Shown piece by piece: positions 45,755 through 56,137 of a stretch of DNA of 64,000 nt. Each line of letters opens with the position of its first letter. Within the stretch, counting starts at the first letter, position 1. Origin of the DNA: Bacteroidales bacterium UBA6401 (GTDB taxonomy: Bacteria > Bacteroidota > Bacteroidia > Bacteroidales > UBA932). Where the stretch lies: assembly GCA_002438635.1 (NCBI GenBank), contig DJPX01000042.1:47192-111191 (forward strand). Direction: 5' to 3'. The position numbers were made by a program, and so were the translations under genes. The notes under the pieces are model-generated. The model was not told the DNA's origin. It was given only the letters and a program-made list of their open reading frames with translations, and made no database searches.

Positions 45755-46753
45755 TTATGAATAAAAGCGGTCATTATCGATATTGGAGACAGCGGACTTT
45801 TTCAAAACGCACCGCTTCCAAAAATTATCCATAAGACCTATTCCATAGCCAAATAACTGAACAAAAGATGTTACTATAGAAAGGAGCCCAACTCGTGGGC
45901 TCTTTTCCTTTATAGAGCTATCAATAAATATCATAAGTGCGTATGCAAAAATCGGTATCATAGGCCATATACTTTTCACTAAAAAAGAGCCTATAATAAG
46001 GCCACAGCACCCTAGCACAAAAAAAAGTGGCATCAAATGGATAAGCTTAAGTGTTCCTTTATGCCTTACGCTCAATTCTATACGTGCTCTTCCAGAGTTA
46101 AGCACCTGCTTATAAAAACTCTTTATGCCACTTCGTCTTTTATGGTATAGAAAAGCACTATCAATAAGGCATGAACGATAACCGGCCAGCATAACTCGCA
46201 TCGAAAAATCCATATCCTCTCCGAAACGCATATTCGAAAAGCCGCCTACTTTTTCAAAGACTTCGAGCTTTACCCCCATATTGAAGGAACGGGGAATAAA
46301 TTTAGTAAGCTTCTTACTACTGCCTCTTATGCCTCCCGTCGTGAAAAACGAAGTCATAGAATAACTTATTGCTTTCTGAAGTGGGGTAAAAGACTCTGCT
46401 GCCCGATCAGGGCCTCCAAACAAATCGGGAGAGTAAGTTCCTATATAATCAGCGATGCATTTAAGATAGCCGGCGGGCAATATAGTATCTGAATCCAAAA
46501 ACAATAAATATTCACCCTCAGCATAAGAAGCACCTGCATTGCGTGCCGAAGAAGGACCACCATTGGTTTTATATACATACCTAATCGGAAGGCTTCCCCT
46601 AAAAGCCTCACATATTCCCTCACAAGTAAACGCAGAGCCATCTTCCACTACTATAATCTCATAAGAAGAAAACGACTGCGTGAGGAAACTTTGAAGAAGC
46701 TCTTTAACCTCCTCCGGCCGATTATAGACAGGTATAATAACAGAAAAAAGCAC
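45755..46753 (-). CDS. GT2 glycosyltransferase
   Basis: SVIIPVYNR, VEDGS, ARNAG, FLDSD, RSFNMG, GEDMDFS; C-terminal TMs. Confidence 0.88.
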   Translation of the reverse strand: MLFSVIIPVYNRPEEVKELLQSFLTQSFSSYEIIVVEDGSAFTCEGICEAFRGSLPIRYVYKTNGGPSSARNAGASYAEGEYLLFLDSDTILPAGYLKCIADYIGTYSPDLFGGPDRAAESFTPLQKAISYSMTSFFTTGGIRGSSKKLTKFIPRSFNMGVKLEVFEKVGGFSNMRFGEDMDFSMRVMLAGYRSCLIDSAFLYHKRRSGIKSFYKQVLNSGRARIELSVRHKGTLKLIHLMPLFFVLGCCGLIIGSFLVKSIWPMIPIFAYALMIFIDSSIKEKSPRVGLLSIVTSFVQLFGYGIGLMDNFWKRCVLKKSAVSNIDNDRFYS

Positions 46754-46756
46754 TTT

Positions 46757-47344
46757 CTACTCTAAATCTAGATCTATAAAAAACTCCGGCCTATGAAAAT
46801 CGGGCTCGGGGGTATTGATAACCGAATATGATATAAAATGTGGAGAAGGCAGAAGATCGCCACACTTGTAGAAATTGGCCTTCATAGAAAGTCCGTCGAA
46901 TGACTTTATTTCGTGTAGAAAAAAAGCACTCTTAGGAATCATCAATGCTACTTTCCAAGGACCTACAGCCTTGCACTCGAATGTCTCGCGCGGTAAAGAT
47001 GAGAATCTGTGCACTTTGGAAAGCACATCTTCCGGAGCGGGAAGCCTTTCGTGACGCCCCTTTCCAGCACATAAAAGAAGAGACCCTATACAATTACACT
47101 CAAAATTGTAATAGATTCCATCTTCAGGGAAAGGACTAATGAACAGTTCCACACACGAATCCTCCCACACTCTACCCATATCAAGGGCTTGTGCACGACT
47201 TATACTCTCATCGACTTCGAATTCACAAAAGATATAATCCGAATCATGAGCTAATGACACACTAACTTCTGGCTTATACGGATATTTATCCGCCCAAGAG
47301 GCCTTTTCAAGACTAAAGGTCTTAATATGTTTATCTACTTTCAT
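46757..47344 (-). CDS. CBM9-like (DOMON-type) protein
   Basis: VWEDSCVELF, YYNFECN, ANFYKCGD, PDFHRPEFF. Start set at ATG 47344. Confidence 0.8.
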   Translation of the reverse strand: MKVDKHIKTFSLEKASWADKYPYKPEVSVSLAHDSDYIFCEFEVDESISRAQALDMGRVWEDSCVELFISPFPEDGIYYNFECNCIGSLLLCAGKGRHERLPAPEDVLSKVHRFSSLPRETFECKAVGPWKVALMIPKSAFFLHEIKSFDGLSMKANFYKCGDLLPSPHFISYSVINTPEPDFHRPEFFIDLDLE

Positions 47345-48263
47345 ACTCTTTTTTATCGCCTCGCCACAAGCCATACACTTCTGATATGTTACTAGCTGTT
47401 ATAAAGGCTTTTATCTTGTTATCAGATATATATTTCATAAGATCGGCAAATTCCGGCTTTGTTAAAAGTGTCTGTATTTCAGTCTTTTTCTGTCCAGAAT
47501 AACCGCCCTCAAGTTCATATAAACTACACCCACGCACCAAAATATCTATTATATAATTTTTTATCTTCTCATACTCATCCGATATGATACATACCCTCTT
47601 TCGACGGGAAAGACTAGCCATAAAATAATCCACACATAAACCATTAATCCACGTTCCGATAAGTCCTATAATCACCATCTTTACTGGATTTATAAGCAAG
47701 CCTGAAAGGCAAATTATGGCCCCGGAGACCGTTACAGAAAGCCCCATATCCAGTTTAAAGAACTTATTAAACAACTTAGCTACAATATCGAGACCTCCTG
47801 TCGAAGCATTAATTCTAAAAAGTATAGCCTGAGCCATGCTCAAGACCAAAACAAAACATAATAAATCGAACCACGGATCTCCCATTACAGATGTCTGGCC
47901 CTGAGGGACTACCTTCTGAATAGGAAGAATACACTCCCATAGCCTAATCATAGGTCCGAGAATTAGGGCCGTATAAACTGTCTTTATCCCGAATTCGTGA
48001 TCGATACAAAGATACGCTATAATAAGAAGTAAAGCATTAATCACAAGGACCATAGTGGAAACCGAGATATTTACTCCAGCTCTACTGAAGACCTCGGATA
48101 ACACGATAGACAGGCCGGAAATAGACCCTACGATCAGTTTGCTTGGCATTAAAAAGAAATATACCGCTGCAGCCGAAATGAACATAGCTATCGTCATAAG
48201 CACAAATTCTGACCAGAATTTACGTGTCTTTAAAAGGTCGAAAGTGTCATTAATTAATTTCAT
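47331..48263 (-). CDS. YitT-family membrane protein (DUF2179 C-terminus)
   Basis: GSISGLSI, FGIKTVY, ASTGGLDIVA, RGCS..EGGYS, AFIT. Confidence 0.85.
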   Translation of the reverse strand: MKLINDTFDLLKTRKFWSEFVLMTIAMFISAAAVYFFLMPSKLIVGSISGLSIVLSEVFSRAGVNISVSTMVLVINALLLIIAYLCIDHEFGIKTVYTALILGPMIRLWECILPIQKVVPQGQTSVMGDPWFDLLCFVLVLSMAQAILFRINASTGGLDIVAKLFNKFFKLDMGLSVTVSGAIICLSGLLINPVKMVIIGLIGTWINGLCVDYFMASLSRRKRVCIISDEYEKIKNYIIDILVRGCSLYELEGGYSGQKKTEIQTLLTKPEFADLMKYISDNKIKAFITASNISEVYGLWRGDKKEYESR

Positions 48264-48274
48264 AGGCTAAAATT

Positions 48275-48340
48275 ATAAAAAAGAAATCATATATCGGCTA
48301 TAAAAAGTAAAAATTTATAACCGACATATACCTTTTTTAT
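48275..48340 (-). terminator. Probable intrinsic terminator after the second susD
   Basis: ATATATCGGCTATAAA / TTTATAACCGACATAT arms (G-U compatible on minus strand) with flanking A/T tracts. Confidence 0.55.
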
Positions 48341-48384
48341 TTCAATTCTCGCAAGCTGGTATTTACACGAAATATACTGCTGTA

Positions 48385-50439
48385 TTATTTTTCAGCCGGA
48401 TTATCTGTTTCTTTAGGCCAATACGGATTCTGATATATAATGGATGTGGAGATATCGCCTTGGGAGCTGGATGTTAATTGAAATTGCTTAATCATAATAG
48501 GATAAAGATAATAAGCCATTCTCCATGTACATCCATCATAGGCCGGCTGGGTAGATATTCTCTCGAAAGGACGAAGGTATTCACTACGATTTTTCGAAGA
48601 GACATTGGATTTGTCTGTCCCGTCTGCAATCAATGTACTCTTGCCATTTTCATCTTGATACCACTCTTCCATAGGAGTATTCCATAAGTGCATCCCCTCC
48701 AGATGGCTTGGCGAAGAAATCAACTGATCCATGGAACGCCAGCGACGAAGATCCATATAGCGGAGCCCCTCTGCCATAAACTCGCACCGTCGTTCTCTCC
48801 TAATATTATAAAGAGTCTTATCCTGAAGAATATTTCCCGCTGTATATGCGCCCCAGTCATTTTCCGCCTCCTTTTGCATATCTGTTAATGATATCGTCTT
48901 ATCGAAGTCTGTGCTTATGCCGGCTCGTTTTCGAATTATGGTCCAATACTCTCTTGCCGAAGCATCTAGGCTCCCATTAAGCAGATAACTTGCTTCCATG
49001 TAATTCAATAGCGCCTCTGCGGCACGGAAATAAACTTGGCCCGTATAACCGCCACCATTGGCATAGTGCTTCCGATTAAACGAACCACCTTTACGAAGAG
49101 CATAACCAGTAGCATATCCCCTCTCTCCATCGCCACTGGTTATAGCAGGATATGGCTCTGTTATAACAGCTTCAGTTCCTTCAATATTATCAAGCTCGAA
49201 AAGAATATTCTTTTGACCTGGCTCTTTAAGGAAAATCGATAGACGGGGATCACGATTGGCCCGAACATCCGAGATAGTTTTATCGCCCATGTAATAGCCA
49301 TCACCATCGGCATAACTTCCATGTGTATAGACAGGTGAACCATCAAGCATAAGGAAATTCTGAACGAGCCCTCTTGTTAGCCCAACACGATAATTTCCTC
49401 GAGAAGCAGCTGCATTAATATTATGAGTAACAAGCCCACGTGCGTATTGGCGCCATAAAAGCACTTCCTTAACTGAAGACAAATCTTCACTGGCGAACAT
49501 ATCATAATACGGATTCGACGGAGCATCAGCAGATTGTTGAAGCACCCCTGTATTTTCCGTTAGACTCGATTTATACCTCTCAGCGACGAGTTTTGAGGAT
49601 TCTACTGCCTGATTTAAGAAAAACTCGATCTCTTTATCTATGTTCCCACTTGGATATTGATAATTAGGATAAAGCGATGCTCCGGGCCAATCCACGCCCC
49701 CAGGCACAAAGGCTGTCCCTTTAAAGTTCAATAGCCAACTTGCCTCGAATAAGGCGACACGCGATTTCAAAAGTTCTGCAAGATCTTTATTAATGCGCGT
49801 TGTGGCCATATCGACTTCACTCATATATTCATAAGCCTTATCGAGATCGGAAAGTATAAACCGAGCCACCTCGTTACGAGGATAACGCTTACTCGCCTCT
49901 ATAAGAGTACTTTTGTCATCCGTAAGGGGCTTTTCTATAATAGGAAAATCCCCGAATAGCATCAACTTCTTAAAATACTCATAGGCACGCAAGAAATACA
50001 TCTCCCCGATATAATGTTTTATAGTAGGCACATCCCCGAAAATCGTATTTTGCGATCCGGAAATATCTTCTCCGAATTTGGGAAGGGTCTCACTTAAAAA
50101 GAAATTCACTCTGTAGATACGTTCAAATTTCCAGTTACTCCCTTCACTATAAGGCACTTTCCATCTATCGGCAGTGTATCGATCATTAGCATTGACGCCT
50201 ATTTGATTGTCCGTGTCGGTATCTTCGCCGAAAATGCCATAAGTCCACTGACCGTATGAAGGTAGAATATTAGGGTATTCGTCATTAAGATTAGCTTCCA
50301 ACTGATCCGCCGTATTGAAATACAATTCCGGCGGGATAGTCGACTTAGGCTCTCTGTCAAGAAAACCTTCACATGAGCAGAGCCCTACAAGTGAATAAAC
50401 TACAACTAATGCTTTCAGCAGATATTTATTTGCCTTCAT
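48385..50439 (-). CDS. susD: SusD/RagB-family lipoprotein
   Basis: Lipobox LCSCEGFLD; GEMYFLRAYEYF, FGDFP, SRVALFEAS, FRAAEALLNYMEA, RRERRCEFMAEGLRYMDLRRW. Confidence 0.92.
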   Translation of the reverse strand: MKANKYLLKALVVVYSLVGLCSCEGFLDREPKSTIPPELYFNTADQLEANLNDEYPNILPSYGQWTYGIFGEDTDTDNQIGVNANDRYTADRWKVPYSEGSNWKFERIYRVNFFLSETLPKFGEDISGSQNTIFGDVPTIKHYIGEMYFLRAYEYFKKLMLFGDFPIIEKPLTDDKSTLIEASKRYPRNEVARFILSDLDKAYEYMSEVDMATTRINKDLAELLKSRVALFEASWLLNFKGTAFVPGGVDWPGASLYPNYQYPSGNIDKEIEFFLNQAVESSKLVAERYKSSLTENTGVLQQSADAPSNPYYDMFASEDLSSVKEVLLWRQYARGLVTHNINAAASRGNYRVGLTRGLVQNFLMLDGSPVYTHGSYADGDGYYMGDKTISDVRANRDPRLSIFLKEPGQKNILFELDNIEGTEAVITEPYPAITSGDGERGYATGYALRKGGSFNRKHYANGGGYTGQVYFRAAEALLNYMEASYLLNGSLDASAREYWTIIRKRAGISTDFDKTISLTDMQKEAENDWGAYTAGNILQDKTLYNIRRERRCEFMAEGLRYMDLRRWRSMDQLISSPSHLEGMHLWNTPMEEWYQDENGKSTLIADGTDKSNVSSKNRSEYLRPFERISTQPAYDGCTWRMAYYLYPIMIKQFQLTSSSQGDISTSIIYQNPYWPKETDNPAEK

Positions 50440-50451
50440 AATATTACTCCT

Positions 50452-53400
50452 TTAAAATGACACACTTATTCCTAAAGACCACGTTTTAGCCAGTGGATAC
50501 GCATTACCCCCACTTCTTACAGGAGATGCACCGGAAGTATTACCTCCGTCAAGAGTCTCGGGATCGAATATCTTGCTCAACTTGGTCCAAGTCCAGAGAT
50601 TTTCACCTGATATGAAAATCCTGCAAGACGAAATACCTATTTTATTCCCAAAAGATGTTGGCAGTGTGTAACCTAATTGGAAGTTTTTTAGTCTTATATA
50701 AGAAGCATCCTGAAGATAACGGCTCTGGATGTATTGGTTCTGAGTACTATCAAATCGAGGACGAGGATAATATGAGTCTGTATTGGCTGGAATCTCGTGA
50801 CCAGGTAGGCCAATAGGCTCGGCACGGAAATAATCCTCGTGCTCCTTAAGACCTGTAGACCACCACATTCCCCATTGGCCCGCACCCCAGAAAAAGTTAG
50901 AGCCTTGCCAATAATCTCGCTTCAAAACGCCTTGGAAGAATACTCTAACATCGAACCCGCTATAGTGAGCATTCAAATCGAGTCCGCAAATGTAGCGGGG
51001 CGTACTATTACCAATCACTTTAAGGTCACCATGATCTTCCAAAGTCTGAGCTCCGCGGGTGATGCCTGGTTTACCATCAAGGTCGGCATACATTATATCG
51101 CCTGCAGTCCACACGCCTGAGCCGAGTGCACTCTGTCCACCCACCTTTTCAAGATGTTCTTGCATCTGCGCGTCTGTCTTAGCTATGCCAATGGTTTCGA
51201 AGCCCCATATTTCTCCTATTTCCCTTCCTGCGATATATGTATTAATGGAATTAGTAGGATTACCGGGATACCTGTCGATATAGGTACGAGCATCGCTGAT
51301 GTTAAACTTGGCCGAATAATCCATTCCGAAGACAGTCCTATCCTGCCAGCCTATAGATAGTTCCCACCCTTGAGTGCGAAGATCGCAATTGTTTGATTTC
51401 GGAGTTGCGATACCCAATGTAGAAGGTAACTCCTCCGATGGCCCTACCATATTATCAGTATAACGGACATAAGCATCGGCAGATCCTGTCAATCTATTAT
51501 TGAAAAGGGACCAATCAAGTCCTGCATTCCAAGTGCGTACTTTTTCCCAAGTTAGAGCCGTATTAATCAAGCCTCCGACATAGGCAGTGCTTGGCTTAAG
51601 TCCGTTTTGTAGCCATTGGCCATTAGATTGGCCAAGGATCATGGTCCTATATGTAGGATACCAATCGGTAGTGTTCATATTGCCTAACTCACCATAAGAG
51701 AAGCGTAACTTAAGCACGCTGAATTTAGCTGCAAGACTCTCCCAAAATTCCTCTTCGGCGATATTCCATCCTACAGAAAAAGAAGGGGAAAGCTGCCAGC
51801 GATGACCTTGGCGGAAACGGGAAGTTCCGTCATAGCGAAGATTGGCCTCGAAAAGGTAACGCTCCTTATAGTTATAGTTAGCCCTTGCGAAAAACCCAAC
51901 TGTAGCCCATTCGTTACGATAGCCTCCTACTTCTGGGACTTTGTCTTTACCCAATCCATCAATATTTGAAATTAGATCAAGTTCTGGAAGTTCCTCTATT
52001 TGAAGGCCATAGCCCTTGGCCCGAAAGAATTTCTGAAGCATCTCCTCGGACTGAAAGCCACCCATCAATTTTACGTTATGTCCATCACCAAACATCTGTG
52101 AATAAGTGGAATATATGTTCCAATTCATATAATCCTCCTTCGTATAATCTTGGTAAAGGCTCGTCGTGCCATGGGTATCGATTATCTTTCCACTTACATC
52201 GTGATTATAACAAGGAAGAACGGTTTCGCGAGTGTCCGAATTGTTAGTGCTGTAATTAAACTCCACATTTGTACTCCACCCCTTTATAGGTTCGAAAACC
52301 AAGGCTGCCTGATGGTATATCTTATCTGTTTGAACGGTCCTCTGCCCTCCCTGAGCAAGAAGCATAACCGGGTTCTCTGCATTATTATTGAAATAATAGC
52401 CATTCTCGTCATATACAGGAAGATTAGGCCAAGTCTGACGCCCTATCCTATCGTACATGCCACCACTGAAGTACGTAGGGCGTCCGAAATCCTGTCGCAC
52501 ATAACGAAGACTATAATGGAATTTAAGATAATCCGTAAGGTCTGTTCCGAACTTAACTGTAGCATTATAACGCTTTAGATTATCTGTGCCGTGGCGGAGT
52601 AATCCATTCTGATCCAAATATCCTAGGGAAGCATAATATGTACATTTGCCGCCACCGCTAATAGTTATATTATGGTCCTGAGAAAAAGAATAGGACTTGT
52701 ATATCTCCGAGAACCAATCGGTATTAGCATAAGCCGAAGTGAAAGGATCTCCTGCTGGCTTTCCCCAAGTAGTACCATCCGTAGGTAGTCCGCCACGATT
52801 AGTGCCACCAGAGGCCTGGAAATCAAGCATCTGCTGCATTACCGCATCCGTAAACGATGGGGTTTGAGAGCCATTTTTAGATGCTTCATTAAAATAATTG
52901 GCAAATGTATAGGAGTCCATCATCTTCGGAAGACTGACTGGGCTACCTACTCGTAAACTATTGTTATAATTAATTATAGTCTTGCCAGCTTCTCCCGTTT
53001 TCGTAGTTATTAGTATCACCCCAAAAGGAGCGCGTGAACCATATATAGAAGAAGCGGCCGCGTCCTTTAGTACTGAAATACTCTCTATATCTTGAGGATT
53101 AACTGTATTGATATCTCCCTCCATTCCATCTATTAACACCAATGGACTTCCACTGGAGCCACTTCCGATAGTTCCGTTACCACGAATATTAATGGACATT
53201 TTCTTGTCCAATTCTCCATTGTTTACTGAAATCTGAAGTCCTGGAACCAGTCCTTGGAGAGCTTGTGTGGCATTAACAACAGGGCGTGATTCAATCTCAC
53301 TTGCACTCGCAAGACCCACGGCACCTGTCATATTCAATTTCTTCTGTGTTCCGAAACCTACGACCACTACATCATTTAACATTTGAGAATCTTCCGTTAG

Positions 53401-53739
53401 TGTAATGTCAAGTGAACGCCCCTCTACAGCCTTTACTTTAATTGATTTATATCCAATGCAACTTATAAAAAGGGTCGCTCCACGCCTTACTGTCAAAGTG
53501 AACTTTCCATCTGTATCTGTGATGGTGCCATTACCTTTCACTCCCCGTTCCTCTACGCCTACTCCGAAAATCGGGCCTACGGCATCGCGAACCGTTCCAT
53601 AAACAGTAATACTTTGAGGTGAAGAATCTTCAGCAGTTACTATCTGCTGTGAAAAGATGAATAAGAACGCGATAATAAACAACAAACCGACTAGTGGTCT
53701 TCGAAGGTCCTTACAAGAAAAATAAGCATTCACTACCAT
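50452..53739 (-). CDS. susC: SusC/RagA TonB-dependent transporter
   Basis: VVVGFGTQKK, PLVLIDG, LKDAAASSIYGSRAPFGVILITTK, RYDGTSRF, YIRLKN, terminal Phe. Confidence 0.95.
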   Translation of the reverse strand: MVVNAYFSCKDLRRPLVGLLFIIAFLFIFSQQIVTAEDSSPQSITVYGTVRDAVGPIFGVGVEERGVKGNGTITDTDGKFTLTVRRGATLFISCIGYKSIKVKAVEGRSLDITLTEDSQMLNDVVVVGFGTQKKLNMTGAVGLASASEIESRPVVNATQALQGLVPGLQISVNNGELDKKMSINIRGNGTIGSGSSGSPLVLIDGMEGDINTVNPQDIESISVLKDAAASSIYGSRAPFGVILITTKTGEAGKTIINYNNSLRVGSPVSLPKMMDSYTFANYFNEASKNGSQTPSFTDAVMQQMLDFQASGGTNRGGLPTDGTTWGKPAGDPFTSAYANTDWFSEIYKSYSFSQDHNITISGGGKCTYYASLGYLDQNGLLRHGTDNLKRYNATVKFGTDLTDYLKFHYSLRYVRQDFGRPTYFSGGMYDRIGRQTWPNLPVYDENGYYFNNNAENPVMLLAQGGQRTVQTDKIYHQAALVFEPIKGWSTNVEFNYSTNNSDTRETVLPCYNHDVSGKIIDTHGTTSLYQDYTKEDYMNWNIYSTYSQMFGDGHNVKLMGGFQSEEMLQKFFRAKGYGLQIEELPELDLISNIDGLGKDKVPEVGGYRNEWATVGFFARANYNYKERYLFEANLRYDGTSRFRQGHRWQLSPSFSVGWNIAEEEFWESLAAKFSVLKLRFSYGELGNMNTTDWYPTYRTMILGQSNGQWLQNGLKPSTAYVGGLINTALTWEKVRTWNAGLDWSLFNNRLTGSADAYVRYTDNMVGPSEELPSTLGIATPKSNNCDLRTQGWELSIGWQDRTVFGMDYSAKFNISDARTYIDRYPGNPTNSINTYIAGREIGEIWGFETIGIAKTDAQMQEHLEKVGGQSALGSGVWTAGDIMYADLDGKPGITRGAQTLEDHGDLKVIGNSTPRYICGLDLNAHYSGFDVRVFFQGVLKRDYWQGSNFFWGAGQWGMWWSTGLKEHEDYFRAEPIGLPGHEIPANTDSYYPRPRFDSTQNQYIQSRYLQDASYIRLKNFQLGYTLPTSFGNKIGISSCRIFISGENLWTWTKLSKIFDPETLDGGNTSGASPVRSGGNAYPLAKTWSLGISVSF

Positions 53740-53971
53740 ATGAAAAACAAATTATCTCACCTTGAAACTTGTTTCCCGATAGCAAAAACCATTCCCTACT
53801 ATTTATTGTGACTAGTTGTCACTGATATCAAATCTGCCACCAATTCAAGTTAGTAATTGTAATATCAAGCGCTTTGGTGAGCAAAACACCTATTTTTACA
53901 CACAGCTGTGGTAAAAGGGTTGATAGCGCAGACTTACGATAATGATTCTAAAATAAAGAACAACTAAGTAA

Positions 53972-54024
53972 TCATTAGTTATATGCCACCGGCACACTCC
54001 TTCTTCTAAAACATTCTACCCTCG
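53972..54024 (-). repeat. Left copy of an imperfect inverted repeat (partner at 56121-56172)
   Basis: Minus strand reads CGAGGGTAGAATGTTTTA-GAAGAAGGAGTGT-GCC-GGTGGC-ATATAACTAATGA. Confidence 0.65.
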
Positions 54025-54051
54025 TAAATATTGCCAAATCTTTAACGCTTA

Positions 54052-54711
54052 CTAAAAAGACTTGGTGGAAATATTAATAGCAGACTCTATATGAGAGAGT
54101 ATAGCATCCGCATCGGTAAAATCATAAATCTGATAGTCACTGTATTCTTTAACGGTTTCTAATGAATTAGTGGTGACCAGCCCCACAACATAAGCTCCAG
54201 ATTTTCTTGCCGCTAAAAGACCATTAACCGAATCCTCGAATACCACGCTGTGTGACGGATCCGAATGCAAGAGTTTCATGCCCTTTAGATAACAATCAGG
54301 GTCTGGCTTTGAAGCCGCGAAGTCTTCATCTTTAAGGATGACATCGAATAAAGCCGTAATTTCAGGATGTTTCACCTTTACAAACTCCATTTTACTTTTG
54401 CTAGAACTGGTTATAATAGCTGTCTTATAGCCTTTTTCACGGACTTTTTTCACAAACTCTATTACGCCCGGGACAAAACGATACGACATCTTGCTTTCAA
54501 CTTCCGTCATTCCTTTTAAAATACCGGCTCTGGCATTATCGTCTGTAGGAAAGTATTTATTTAAAATAGAGGCCATGGTGCATCCTTTTATAAGAGAACC
54601 AAATCCATTCATCCCCTTGTATTTACGTCCTACTTCATCCCAGAATATTGTGTACTCACCTTCTGTGTCTGCTATCACACCATCAAAGTCAAAAAGAAAA
54701 GCTTGCTGCAT
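54052..54711 (-). CDS. HAD-family phosphatase (beta-phosphoglucomutase-like)
   Basis: FDFDGVIADT, ITSS, KPDPDCY, FEDSVNG. Confidence 0.88.
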   Translation of the reverse strand: MQQAFLFDFDGVIADTEGEYTIFWDEVGRKYKGMNGFGSLIKGCTMASILNKYFPTDDNARAGILKGMTEVESKMSYRFVPGVIEFVKKVREKGYKTAIITSSSKSKMEFVKVKHPEITALFDVILKDEDFAASKPDPDCYLKGMKLLHSDPSHSVVFEDSVNGLLAARKSGAYVVGLVTTNSLETVKEYSDYQIYDFTDADAILSHIESAINISTKSF

Positions 54712-54808
54712 ATCTATAATCTAAGTTTTACTGGACCCACACCATAGCGCGAAATCTCGCACGCAAAAATAATCAATTTTAGAGACCTACAAAATATACT
54801 AACTAAGG

Positions 54809-55498
54809 TCATACCTTCCATTCAAAATTTTCTTTTCCAGCACCGATTTCAAAATGCAGTTTCGCTATTCCCATATCCATTAGGGTGTATCCCACCAGCG
54901 AAAATCCCTTACTGATACGCACTTGTGGAAGGCCATTTCCTTCTTGACCCAAATACTCAATATAGAATTTTTGCTGATTTACCGCTGTGGGCGCAAGTTG
55001 AGCTGCTTCAACACCAGTTTTAAACCAAGTCGGAGTGAAGTCACTAAGGTTACTAAGCGCTTCTAAAGATTTGCTTTTATGCTGAACTCCTTGATTCTCC
55101 CCTATTCCTATCGCGATATAACATCCTATTTTTTCATCTTTTTCAAGTGAATATGTTCCATTTATCTTTCTGTAACTAACTCCCGCCCAGCAAGAATTTA
55201 GGCCAAGTTGTTGCACAAGAAGCACAAGGCGTTCACCATAATAACCAATTCTTTCATCTAAATCTGCTGATTTCTTTCCTGCCATCACAAGATAAGATGT
55301 GACCCCAGAAAATTTCCCGTATGCCATAGGGCCATTAAAAGCTTTTGGTTCATCAGTGACAAGCTGAATGTGTAGGTCACCTTCTTTATTAATCGTGTCT
55401 ATTTCGCTTTTTAATTTTGCGAGCACATTTTCCGAAATCGGCTCTGTTCGATATCTTCGCACAGAATGCCTTAATTTTATAGCTTCTAATAGAGTCAT
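54809..55498 (-). CDS. Nitroreductase-family protein
   Basis: AIKLRHSVRRY, GYYGERLVL, LGLNSCW, AAQLAPTAVNQQ, DMGIAKLHFE. Start set at ATG 55498; TATCTTTG box at 55526-55533 (-). Confidence 0.85.
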   Translation of the reverse strand: MTLLEAIKLRHSVRRYRTEPISENVLAKLKSEIDTINKEGDLHIQLVTDEPKAFNGPMAYGKFSGVTSYLVMAGKKSADLDERIGYYGERLVLLVQQLGLNSCWAGVSYRKINGTYSLEKDEKIGCYIAIGIGENQGVQHKSKSLEALSNLSDFTPTWFKTGVEAAQLAPTAVNQQKFYIEYLGQEGNGLPQVRISKGFSLVGYTLMDMGIAKLHFEIGAGKENFEWKV

Positions 55499-56014
55499 AA
55501 AACAATTATTATGTAGTAAATACAGCAAAGATAATTGATTATGTTCATCTTCGTCCACAATACGAGACTTTTTGTGGATAGATAGCGAAAATGATACATT
55601 CTCCAAATACATCAGTCATTGCGAATGATCATTTAAAATAATTCATCAAGAATGTTCTTTTCATTTTTTAAAAAACGAGATAATTGTTTCTTATTAACAT
55701 AATAATCGTAATACAGTTTTTTGATAGTGCTATTTTCTGATTGGGAGATAGCAACAAACAATTATTTATTCCATAGTTTTGTTGTGATAAACTTCTTGAT
55801 ATGTAATACAATTCATCATCCGTAACACACACCTGTTCTCACACTTCGTTTCTTTGCTAGAAAAATTAGCAGGTTTCATAGTTAGTTTATTTATTACCAT
55901 CAAATATAGGTATATTTTTTTCTTCTACCTTTTATTAAAGTATACCTTTTTAGAGATACAGATATATTTAAGAATACTAAAGTGATAGGGATTGTGAAAT
56001 AGAAAAAGCCTTTC

Positions 56015-56022
56015 TACCTTTG
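56015..56022 (+). promoter_or_regulatory. -7 promoter box driving the candidate small RNA
   Basis: TACCTTTG, with ATTG 20 nt upstream (55991-55994). Confidence 0.6.
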
Positions 56023-56024
56023 CA

Positions 56025-56137
56025 CTTGACGAAGCACCAAGTACTTCGCTGATTTGTAAATAGTGCACAGTTTCAAGTAGACAGCAAGGAAGTGCGCTAG
56101 TGCGGTTATCCTTGGATGTTCAAGGATAGATTTTTTT
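56025..56137 (+). ncRNA. Candidate structured small RNA or attenuator, family unknown
   Basis: No ORF; GC-richer than flanks; stems CGAAG/CTTCG, CTTGA/TCAAG, CGC/GCG; ends in terminator hairpin plus T7. Confidence 0.45.
56106..56137 (+). terminator. Intrinsic terminator
   Basis: TATCCTTG(56107-56114)/CAAGGATA(56121-56128) followed by GA-TTTTTTT. Confidence 0.7.

Noticed and set aside
53740..54051. Cobalamin or TPP riboswitch upstream of the second susC
   Set aside because: Conserved B12-box and TPP core motifs are not found on the minus strand.
55553..55581. TCCACAA/TTGTGGA hairpin with a DnaA-box-like half site
   Set aside because: Single degenerate site; not enough to call an origin or terminator.
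55760..55880. 37-codon minus-strand ORF (MKPANFSSKETKC...)
   Set aside because: No recognisable motif or clear promoter; an ORF this size is expected by chance.
56025..56137. tRNA or retron msr-msd
   Set aside because: No T-loop GTTC or cloverleaf; no reverse transcriptase in the window.
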